From: Monocercomonoides exilis PA203
Lineage: Eukaryota; Protista; Preaxostyla
Reading direction: 5' to 3'
DNA length: 64,000 bases
NCBI GenBank assembly: GCA_001643675.2
Contig: LSRY02000009.1
Span: 1,240,001 to 1,304,000 of the forward strand
Part shown: piece after piece, positions 52,850-64,000 of the stretch
Layout of the letters: each line of letters opens with the position of its first letter
How positions within the stretch are numbered: position 1 is the first letter of the stretch
Position numbers and translations under genes: made by a program
The notes under the pieces: generated by a model
The model's input: the letters and a program-made list of their open reading frames with translations, nothing else
What the model was told of the DNA's origin: nothing
Databases searched by the model: none

Positions 52850-53920
52850 ATGAACATAATTATAGAAAAAATAGATGAAAGTGATTTTTTCTGTTTTTTC
52901 AGAGGAGTTATTCAACAAAATAGATGAAATGTCTGAAAAAAAGAAAATGCGATTGGAAATAGCGATGTTGCTGTTGAGACGCACCAGATATTGGATAGTG
53001 TTGAAAAAAATATGGCGTTATCATTTGAAATAATCTCTATTGAACAAAAAATTTGATAGGATGATGATTGATGAAGATAAAGAAAAAGAGGAAAAAGAAG
53101 GAAAGCTTCCAGTTGATGTTTGCGAATGCTATCTTTTTGTCAACTATTTCGCATCATGGGAATTTTTACAAAATATGTGTTCTATCTTCTGAAAGTTGCC
53201 TAAGAAAAAGAGGGAAACAAAGAAGCAAAGGAAAAAGTGGAGATGGCATTATTAGCTTTGACTGGTATTTGGAGATATGAGGTGTGAAAAACTTTGCCCA
53301 TATCGTTTAATTTACAGATTTTTATTATTATTTTTATTTTTTGTGAAAATATCAATGGAATTGTATTTTATGGAGTGCAAAGACTTAATTCAAAATCATC
53401 AAAAACACAACCTGACACGTCCAGATTTTCAATCAGCATGGAAGTTTATGATATAAAGATTTGAAAAAGATAAAAGTTTTGAAGAAGTTATTGTGAATGA
53501 ACTGAATTTTGTGAGAGATGCAACACAAGAATTGAAAGAGCTTATGATATGAATAGACATGAAGAAAAATGATAAAAAAATTGGGAAAATTTTTTAAATT
53601 CATCATGAAGAAAAGATAAAAGTGTTCTGTTGCTTTATATTCTGAGGGAGTCCGAAATGAAAAGAATGAAGAAAAAGATGCTGGATTATTTGCTCGTGCA
53701 GATGGGATGAATGAAGCAGCGAAGGTTGAGGAAAGCACGATGTGCAACGAATGTGTTCACGTTTTTCATTCCACTTCTGAACAGAACATGTGGAGAAACG
53801 AAAAATATGATAGCGCAAAATCTAATTTCAATTGGAAGATACTTGAAAAGATTGAAGAAAAAGGTTTCTTTCTTATTTTTCATAAGCTAAATCAAATATT
53901 CTATTTTCTTGAAGAATAAT
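52850..53920 (+). pseudogene. Decayed lineage-specific family gene (paralog of 930-1400) as cargo
   Basis: LKVA*EKEGNKEAKEKVEMALLAL and QNHQKHNLTRPDFQSAWKF motifs. Confidence 0.6.
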
Positions 53921-54369
53921 ATAAAGATAATTCACAAAAGATATTTCTAAATATTTTGTGAATATAAAAATTATGAAATGCATGGAATAATGAAACTGAA
54001 ATATTATCTTTTTTCCTTCGTCATTTCACAAAATGAAAACAACACAATTCTGCCATTCTTGATATCCTGTTTTTTCATATTTCAAAAAATGAAGTTAAAC
54101 TTAAAAACATTTAAAATGAAAAACACTTTTGAATGATCATACCATATTCCACTATTCTTCTTGTGAACATTTCCTCAAGAAACTCACAACTTTATATTTC
54201 TTTAAAAATTTCACATTTCAAATCCTTCTTTTTTCTTTCGTAGTATGAGCTGCCACTTATTTCTCTTTGGATCAATTCATTCCACGCTGCTCCAATGCAT
54301 CTGCAAGTTTCAGTTGTTTTGCTTTATTCAGACATTTTTCATCAATTTTCTGAAAAGCGTTGTATTTTC

Positions 54370-54536
54370 AAAAAAAGAAAGAAAGAAAAGAAAAGAAAAG
54401 AAAAGAAAGAAAAAGAAAGAAAAAGAAAGAAAAAGAAAGAAAAAGAAAGAAAAAGAAAGAAAAAGAAAGAAAAAGAAAGAAAAAGAAAGAAAAAGAAAGA
54501 AAAAGAAAGAAAAAGAAAGAAAAAGAAAAGAAAAAA
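54370..54536. repeat. (AAAAGAAAGA)n minisatellite
   Basis: Directly visible 10-bp array. Confidence 0.95.
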
Positions 54537-56029
54537 CCATTTGGATGGATAATCTCAAGGGAAAAAAAGGATCATCAAAGATAAAGAAGAGCAGGGAGAA
54601 AAAGCCTAAGAGGTCGTGAATCAGCAACAGAAGCGATAATATTTGAACTGTTGAATGAATGTTTGGTTTGCACTTTTATTTTCAAGTGATCATAAAAATT
54701 TTTTAACAGCATGTTCCTGGAGAACGTAGAAAGATTCTTATTTTATCGATTTCATTGGATCTTCCTCATTCAAATGATAAAAATTCTGTAATTTCTGTTC
54801 AGCTTACATAATAAATAAGGCCGATTTATTGCATTTGAGTAAATTGGTTCAATTTCTCTGCCTTTGATGTTGCACACACTTTGCTTTTCATTTCCATTTT
54901 CAATGCTCTTCAAAAAGGCCTTTATGTCACTTGCTTCTTCTATATTTAGAATAATATATTTTAGTCTTATATTTTGTAAATAATCCAAACAAGCTTTCAA
55001 AAACTGAAAGGATATGTTTTCATAACAAATAAGTTATGCACTTTCAAAGGACGAAATTCACATCACATGAAGGAACTTAAAAAACGAGCAAATCAAACAA
55101 AGTGTAAAGAAATCTTAAAAATAACAAATAAACTCATCTTCAAACGATCATTAATTGAAAGAGTCTATCAATGAGCATTCTTCAGACCTTTTTTGTTTTT
55201 TGTATATGGTTCTTTCTTTATAAAATAAGGATTATCTAATGTCAAACGAAAAGTTATGGTTGAACCAGATGGAAAAATGAAATCTCAAACATTTCATATG
55301 CTCGACAAGTTATTTTGTTATTCTGTTTCTATTTAGTACGTGTTTATTTCATTGACAAAATGTAATGTCAGTGACAGAAGTGACTACCAGTGGCATATTA
55401 AAATCCATGTTTCACAGATCTTGTCAGTTAAAAATATATTATGGAAAATTTGATTAATTGATTTTTCAAAAATATTGCAAAAAATATTCAATATTTCTTT
55501 ATCATATATTTTTTTATCATGTTTGACAAAGATTAAAACACTATTGATTTCTTTTCTTCTCTTTCTGTTTTCTTTCTTTCTTTCATTTTGTTGAAACAAA
55601 TATTTCCTGCCATGTTCCAACAAAATAAGGAAATTTTGTTGAAACATGAAACATTCTGTCAATTATTTGAAAAAATTTTATTAGCATATTTTATTTTTCT
55701 ATTCGAAAAAATACTCCCAAAAATGAAATAAATAAAAAAATAATGGTTGTGATCAGTAAAAATTGTCTTGTCGGTCACCTTTGTCAGTTAATGACAAAAT
55801 TTGCCACTTGTCGCACAGGTCTATATTTGTTTGCTCGAATCTTGTGAAATTTTATTTTTATAAATTATTAAAAATATAACTCAATGAAAACAAAAAAGCA
55901 ATATTTAAATATAAATGTTTTTTCATCTAACAAAAAATTAAATTCAAGCGAACTGTTTTGTCTGTCGACTTGTCGAGCTGATGAAAAAATGTCGGTCTGT
56001 CGCAAAGGCCTTCTTTATTTTTTTGAAGA

Positions 56030-57370
56030 AAATTAAATTTCGATTGAAAGTTTTTCGACTTTGAATTATTTTTGGTGTAACATCAGAATAATTATCACAT
56101 GAATGCACAAAAAGTTTGGAACGGAACATTGAATTTTTCACAAATAAAAGAAGTCTGTCCAACCTTCACACTACTATGGTATGTGTGGAACAGTGTTTAA
56201 AGAAGAATTAAATAAACCAGATAAATTGTTTGAATAATTAAATGGGTAATTCTTTTTGATGTCATAATTTTTTACGAGGTTTGATCTGACTTTTCATTAT
56301 TTTTTTTGAATAATTGAAAAGACATGCGGAAATCATTCATTTGAATAAGTGTATTACAGTATTTGGAATTTTCAATAATTTTATCTATAAAAAATTTGAT
56401 ATGATCCATAATTATAAAATTTTTAGTTGATATTAAAGTGTAAATATGCGAATTTAACAAAGAAAACCATGTGTTGATTATGAACTTTTTAAATGTTCAT
56501 GTGAATATTCGTTATATCTATTAATGCGAACAATTGTTTATTTATCAACAGATAACACAGAAAAATCTTAAAGTTGATGGTTGTGATTTCGAAAGTTTGA
56601 ATTCTTTATTTCCATTTTTCTCTCAAAGTCCATTTTAAAAAAGCAAATTTTTTATCTGCCTTTGAAACAGTTTGTGAAATGCGGTATGTCAAAATTTGAT
56701 TGAAACTAAGTTACTCATTATTATTGTTATTTCATGATTAAACTCACTTTCAACAATTTATTCGACTTTTGTTTTCTGGTGGCAAATGAAAAGCAAAGAG
56801 AATTTTTTCAATGGTTATCATATTCTATAAGATAAGTTGTTAGCTTTTCATATTTAATATTTGTTGATTTTTCATAATTCATCTCACTCAGGAAGATTTC
56901 CGTTGTTTATCCGTTCATAATGCCAAATCAATTGGACGCTTGGAATCTGGGTTTCGATAACTATCGATTCAAAAAAATCTACAATGAATTATCATAGAAA
57001 TTGATTTAAAACTTATTTCTTTCGATTGTTTTATAATTGAGAATTTCTATCATTCAATTCATAGAGACGACATTATCCATTTTTATAACCATATAAAAAT
57101 TTTTCTTCATGATTTCCTTTTTCACATCACTCTCAATATCTTCGTTCGCAAAGTCAACTTCATCGTTATGGAACGAAATATTTCAATATTCATTTCTATT
57201 ATGTGGTTATTTGGCATTTTGATATTAACAATGAAAAGTTCATTTCTTATAATTAGTTTAATTCTCATTCATTTTTTCATTCTTTTTTGTCAACATAATT
57301 TTTTCTATACAGGCAACTTTTCAGTCCTTTTAGAGAGAGATGATGTCATTAATAATCACTTGACAAATTG
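56030..57370 (-). pseudogene. Possible highly decayed Mutator-like transposase remnant
   Basis: Weak motifs only (HNH-like; VPHIP**CEGW resembling TNNxxEG). Confidence 0.2.
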
Positions 57371-58400
57371 ACGCAATTAATGTTTAACTCCTAATTATCA
57401 ACATGAAAATACAAGTTCATTCAAACACCATTTATCGAGTCAAAAAAATAACTAAGAGAAAAAAGATGCTTGCACACAAATAAATAATAATACACATCCA
57501 ACGACAAATAAAAATAAAGTTCTTTTTATTTCCGACTGAAAAACAATTAACATAAAACGAATTTATGATTTATTGTGATGAATGGAACGATAGAAAATTA
57601 AACAATCTACGTTCAAAAACTATTTCAATGATCGAAAAAGTTTTTTAATGAAATCATCGTGAAAAAAAAGTTAATAAATTGAAAAAATTTAATATCAACA
57701 CTAGAAAAAGATGATAAACGAAAAAAATACATGGAAAATATAACTTTATGAAAGATACAATTTATTGTATGTTGTGTTCTATTCAAACCACAAACATTCA
57801 CAGAATTTTCAAGATAATTATTGAACACATAACATAATCAGAAATAATTCAAATAATAAAGTTTGTCTTTAAAATTAAATTTGTAAACTCAACAAAAAAA
57901 AGAACATTTCTTCATGGGCAAACATCATCAATCTTTAATTATTCAAATCATATATTGTTCACCATTAAACATTACAAAAAAAGCATTAATAAAAAAGTGA
58001 AAATTGCTTATTGTCGTAAAGCTTTCGGAAAAACTGAAATTTTTCAAACAAATTATTAATAAATGAGATCAAAAGATCGTATTTCAGTTGAATAAAACAT
58101 ATAGCACAAATAGTATGTTAAAATTATTGATTTAAATTCATTAATAACAAATACAAAATAATTATTAAAAATAAAATAAGTAAATAACTATGTTTAAAAA
58201 TATTACATAAGCATGAAACAATAGAAATACAAATGAAAAGAAACAATAATGAAGAAAAATGAGAATGAAAGAAAAATGAAATAGAAAACAATAGAAATAC
58301 AAATGAAAAGAAACAATGATGGGAAATTTAGCAGTCTAAAAATTCTTCTTCGTATCGAATGAAGCACTTAGAATTGATGGATATATTGCTTTTATAATTT

Positions 58401-58538
58401 GGGACATATCGGTTTTCGTCATATGCACACCTGGGAGGCAGTGTACCGTATCCAGGTCCGAATCTTACAGTTTGAAGCTGAAACATTTAAAGTACACAGT
58501 CTTGTTCAATATTCAACCGAATAAATATTGACTTAGCA
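58401..58538 (+). ncRNA. Candidate pseudoknotted structured RNA, copy B
   Basis: Helices ACCTGGG/TCCAGGT, GGCAGTGTAC/GTACACAGTC, TCGGTT/AACCGA and TCAATATT/AATATTGA; same order as copy A. Confidence 0.65.
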
Positions 58539-59114
58539 TGCGCATATAGACGTTTTTTTGCTTGACGGACAAGAACTGGAATTAAAAAAATGCAATAAAT
58601 ACACTATGTTCGATGAAAACATAAAATTATCACAAAAAATATGAAAAGATAAAAAACTAGGTTGAATAGTAATGGAAATAAAAAACAAGTTGTGAAAAAA
58701 CGTCAATGACAACTTTTCCAATATATAATCATGGAAATAACACAATTTTGCATAAAAACATTTAACTATCCAAGAAGATCTTACAAAAAATAAAATCAAA
58801 TGAAGAAAAATGATAATACAAAGAGAAAATAATAATGCCAACAGATGAAATTCGCCATATATTTATTAAACGTTGTTCTATTTTGAATAAACAGTTATTA
58901 ATAATTTGAATAAAAACTTTCAATCTTTTCGATGAACTTTGTGAATATAAGCAATTCTCATTTTAAAGAAATAAAACAACAAATAACTTAAAATTGATTA
59001 AAAAATATATATTTTTATAAAGAATATAAAAGAAAGACAATGATGGCCCATGAATACAGTTCAAGTTTTTGCAACATTTCTTATCAAACAAGGCAAACAA
59101 AAATGAATCAAAAA

Positions 59115-59258
<144 letters not shown>

Positions 59259-59304
59259 AAAAAACAAACAAACAAACAAAAATCGAATTTTTTGAATAAA
59301 TAAT

Positions 59305-62300
59305 TTAATAAAGAGCATTTAGCACAGAAGAATCACGCAATAGTTGATATCTGTTCTTTATCAAATTACCTGTGAAAGTTGAAAGTGTTGACTGGTGAAA
59401 TGAAGTATTTGGTGTGTTTGGTTCCTTTTCTCCACTTGTAATAATTTCTCTTTTCTTTGTTGAATTAACAAGAATGAGAGAACGTTGTGGAAGAAAGCTT
59501 GTTGCGGATGCGAGTATTTGTTTTCCTTGACGTTCAAAATAGAGATAATTTTTCATGTTTGCAATCGTCATTGATTGCCAAGCACTTTTTCGTTTTGGGA
59601 TGTATTCGAAGAAGAAGCGAGTGTGAATTGCAGAAGGGTTTTCATTTCTTTCCTTCGATTTTGAAGAAAGATTTGTTATTGAAGAGATGTCATTTTTGTT
59701 AAAAGAGGAAGGAATTGATGAACAAAAATGTTGGTTGAAAAATTTCAATAAATCTTGAAGGGAACTGATGTTTATTGATGGAAGATTATTGTTTATTGCC
59801 TTCACCATGATTCCAAATTCTCCATCACACACATTTATTCCATGATGTTCGACGAAAAAGTTGAGCTCACATTTTTTGTTACGAAATAAAGGAGTTGAAG
59901 GTGAAAGAATAAAATCCAGGAGAAATCTATTTCGATTGTGAGGACCTGTGTCACAGAAAAATTTTAAAGAAGAGGAGTTTCGAAAGATTTGATTTTGCAA
60001 TGTTTGTTGAAGGCATTCAATGACATATTTGAAATCATTAGAAAGACAGTTGGAAAGATAGTTGAATGTCTTTTTTTGAAGCACTTTATTGATGATTTGA
60101 AAAGTGACAATAGTGAAATGAGACAGTTGCCTTTGATTGTAGTATTCATGCTGAAGCTGACAATTACTAAATGGTATTTTCCATTTTTCCTTAAAATCAA
60201 ATACGCAAATCACTTCTCCTTCTTTAAGATTTGAAACAGACTCATTAAAGTAGGTTCTCTACCACTCTGCCATTTGTTTATGTAGCTTCAGCAATTTCAG
60301 GTCTCTGAGGTCTTTTTCAGAAGGGTTTTCCTTCTTGTTCAGAAATTTTCTTTCCATTTTCTCCAACAGTTGACAAGTTCCACACATATCTGTTCTTCTT
60401 TTTGCCTTTGTGAAGTTTGATGTCAGCTTGAAAAATGTTGAAAGAGATACATTTACTCCCGTTTCATTAATCATGTCCTTCCACAACTGATTTTTAGGTT
60501 TAAATATTAACCGTTTTTGATTTGGTGAAAACATTCTGAAACACTTTTTGTTGTTTATCTCCTTCAAGGATAAAGGAGAACAATTTTCGTTTCCACAAGG
60601 ATTTGGATGACGCAACATCGAAGTTTTCATAGAATTTCCAACAAATTCTTTGGAAGATAAAGCTGATTTTTCATCATATGAACATTTAAGAAGATGTGTC
60701 AATGGTTCTTCGTTTGAATTGTTAAATAACAATTGTAATTGGTTATTATCTGTGTGAGTTTGTAAACAATTGTTTTTCTTATTTTGAAGAAATTGTGTTC
60801 TTGAATTATCATCCTGAGTTGATTGAACGATTTTTGTCAAATAATCCTTTGAATGATCAGTATTATATTTTTTATCAATTGAACTGTTGGAATAACGATC
60901 GCTTGACATATATAGCATATGTTCTTGAAAATGATTTTTTGCATACAATGCAGATAGTGGATGAGTTTGTGGAGGAGAGGAAAGAGGATGAGTGGGAGAG
61001 GGAGTGGATAGTGGATATGATGAGTTGTGTAAAATTTGTTCATGAAGAGCAAAAGGAGAAGTTGGATGATGCGTTATGGTTGGCGAAGTTTGCTGAAGCT
61101 TTGCAGATGAAGATGTTGGCTGAAGCGTTGCTGGAGGAATTGGAAGCATGTGAGCTGATGTGGGAGAAGATAAAAGATGAATTGAGGTGGGAGAATTTTG
61201 ATGAAGAGTTGCGGAAGAAGAAGTGATATGAAGGTTTGCGTTTGGAGAAGTTTTCTGAAGAGACACAGAAGAAGAAGTTTGCTGATGCATTGCGGAAAAT
61301 GTCGAAAGCGATTGAGTTGACAAAGGAGAGGAAAGTGTGCGAGCTGCACATTGGGTAGCTTGCTGAAGCATTGCAGATGAAGAAGAAAGAGGATGAGTTT
61401 CAGAAGAAGAAAGAGTTTGGTGGAGCACTGGAGAAGAAGAAGAAGAAGTTTTGTGAAGTGTTGTTGTTGGAGGAGAATTCTGGAGAGTTACAGAAGATGT
61501 TGAAAGTGGATGAGTTTGTGGAGGAGAGGAAAGAGGATGAGTGGGAGAGTGATTATATATTGAATTTGTTATTAATGAATGTTTGCTTGATTGAAACATC
61601 GAATTTGGGATTTTGTTTTGAATCGAAGTTTCCAAACTATTTTTGTTTTCAATAGATTTATGATTATTTTGATCGAATTGATTTTGTTCTTCATTAGGGC
61701 ACATGATACACTTATCTTGTATTGACACTTCCGTAAACTCATCATTTATTCCTGTTGATTGATTATCAAAGCTTTGTGAAGATACATCGATCTTTGAAGG
61801 AAAGATTGAACTGCACTGAATTCTTGTTGATTCCGATTGAACAGAGTCAGTATGATTTCCAACTTAACGAAATTTCTTTGAGCCACATTTCAATAATTTC
61901 ATAGAATCGATAGTTGTTTTCTTTCTTATGAAAAACGAGATTGATGCTTGATATCCTTTTTTGTACAGTGCGCTCCATGTATTTTCCCAGTCATTTTTTT
62001 GAATGAGAAATATCTGACCATCACTGCAAATGCACCACGGATTGACTGAGTCCATAGAATTTGAAACAAATGAAATATTGTGACCTTGTATTTTGTTTTT
62101 CTGCTTGAACAGTATTTGACCTCCAAAATTATATTCAGCTTTCTCTGCATCTTCATTCTGCTCGAAGCCTTCTTTAATTGTCTCAGGAAGATAGGCTGTG
62201 CTCTTTCTTTCTTCAATAAAAGAGCTAATTGCAAAACTTTTAGGAGGAAAAGATTCATTCATATCGTTGCATTCATGAGCCAAAACAAGCAGTTCAGGAA

Positions 62301-63837
62301 AAGCAGAAACATAGCTACACCTTTTTGCGCAACTGTTCTTCTGACATGATTTGCAAAAAATCTTGTTAGGATGTTTCAATTGTTCTTTGTCAAACAATTT
62401 TGATAATCCATAAAGCACGGATTTATCATGAACAATTGTGTAATCTGATAAATTTTCTATTTTCGATGTGATGGAATGACATGTTTGACATTCCACACAG
62501 TTGATCAAAATTTGTATTGTACAATTTTGGTTTATAATTTTGTTGGTTTTGAAGAGATGTGCAATTTTCACAAATGCTTCGACTGCATTTTGTTGCTGTC
62601 TGCGTCCTTTGCTAAAATAATCGTCCCACATATCAATGAATTGATTTGTCCATAAATCAAAAACAGGAAAGTTCGTAAATAAATTGTAACAAATTTTGAA
62701 AAGTGAAGAAGCCAGGCAATTATTGACTCTGTCTGAGTCAGAAAATGTAAATATGGAAGTTGATGCAAAACAAGTTGAAAAACATTGCAAATTTGATGCT
62801 AGGTAACAAGTGTTGCCAAGGTTTCTCAAACCTTTCCTTTCTAAAAGATTGTAATTGCACTCCTTTTGTTTTGAAATATCAGACATTCTCGTCAAACGCT
62901 GTGAAAGTGGTTCTTCTAATTCATTGCACTTCGAAGTTAATTTGTCAATTGTTATGAAGGAATGTGTACTTTGTGTAATTAAACTTTGTGATATTTCTGA
63001 TTCAGAAAAAAAAAAAGATAATAACTTGTGGAGAAAATAATAAAGAAAATTACTAACATGTCAAAAAAATAATAAAAATATAAAACCTGTTTCTTTCTTT
63101 TTTGTTTTTTCATCTTTACATAAAATATATTTATCCCACCCTTCTTCATCGATCATTGGATCTATTTCCATTTCTTTCTTGGTGCTTTTTCTGGTTTTCA
63201 AAGATGACGAAGATTCAGAAGAGTGAAGAAGCATCCAATTATTTGCCGTTTCCCACTCAATTTCAGGCAGTCCTAATATCGTTTGCAAAAAACCAATTAA
63301 TGTTAATTATTATTAAAAAAATAGTCAAACCACTTTTGCATTCTGGTTGTTGCGGATTTTGAGGAATACATAATTCATCTCTATTTTTTTTCAAGGTTTG
63401 CTTCGCGTAATTCAGTTTTCCAATTGTGACATCATAACCTCTATTTTCCATTTGTTCCAAGTTCATTGTGCGACTTAGGGCTTGCAGCATCACGGTTTGC
63501 GTATGTAGTGGTGCGTTATTGTATACTTTTGCCAATTCATCCAATAAAATATTATAAGTTTCTTATTCGAATGTGTATAATAGGACATATATATTCATAT
63601 TCAATAATAGATCGAATCAAATTTTAAATAACCAAATATTAAATCTCAAAAAATTTAAAACAAACTATTTAGATTGGTTCTTATTATATTAATGAAAGAT
63701 GAAGCTTTTCGATAGTTCGTGAAGAAATACATAAGCAACTGGTTCACATTTTCCCCACCAATCCGTTTCACTTCTTTCCATAATGTTTCCGAGCGGCTGT
63801 GAAGAGTGGAAATAGAAATATCTGGCATTTTCATCAT
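59305..63837 (-). pseudogene. Multi-exon USP(C19)-transposase fusion gene, copy B (near-intact)
   Basis: 62895-59305 is one frame broken only by TAA (61864) and TAG (60259). Motifs: GLRNLGNTCYLASNLQCF, GHNISFV...CSD, Ser/Thr linker, RRTDMCGTC, FDFKEKW...FFCDTG...FFVEHHGINVCDGEFG. The 5' exons are homologous to copy A. Confidence 0.85.
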
Positions 63838-64000
63838 CTCAAAGATTATATTTTTAATGTTGGGTGAACTTCCTTTAAAGATGAAATGAAAAGGATATAA
63901 TACAATCCAAAAAACGAGAGCAAATTTCATGAACGCTTATTTGTTGAGCAAAGTTTCAGTCCTTTTCAAATGAAAAATACAATCAAAGAAAAAAAAGATT

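Larger units (their letters stand above)
52323..55823. mobile_element. Nested 3.5-kb non-autonomous TIR element
   Basis: TIRs TAGACCTGTGCGAC / GTCGCACAGGTCTA. TSD TATTTGTTT at 52314-52322 and 55824-55832. Confidence 0.9.
47106..56012. mobile_element. 8.9-kb non-autonomous TIR element of the same family with decayed gene cargo
   Basis: TIRs TAGGCCTTTGCGAC / GTCGCAAAGGCCTT. TSD CTTTATTT at 47098-47105 and 56013-56020. The subterminal block at ~52200-52283 matches 39120-39170. Confidence 0.88.

Noticed and set aside
60259-60261. TAA/TAG = Gln alternative genetic code (known in some oxymonads), suggested by an in-frame TAG aligning with Gln
   Set aside because: Long ORFs use CAA/CAG freely without TAR, genes end in TAA, and in-frame TGA stops are also common. 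C>T nonsense mutation explains it.

Overview
AT-rich eukaryotic DNA with short GT-AG introns, microsatellites and many pseudogenes. Repeated gene-family motifs resemble those I recall from the oxymonad Monocercomonoides; this assignment is inference. The window is largely nested mobile elements. It holds a full-length DIRS1-type tyrosine-recombinase retrotransposon (ITRs plus internal complementary region), a pogo-like DNA transposon, a decayed Harbinger/ISL2EU-type transposase and a palindromic MITE. It also holds a tRNA-derived SINE-like unit and three non-autonomous elements with 14-bp TIRs and 8-9 bp TSDs that carry host gene fragments. The most notable feature is three diverged copies of a transposon gene with a USP/C19 deubiquitinase domain. 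In two copies (A, B) the USP is in one reading unit with a Sola-like DDD transposase. Both of these carry, downstream, a conserved ~140-165 nt pseudoknotted RNA-like motif with compensatory base changes that I cannot assign to a known family. No intact housekeeping gene was recognised.
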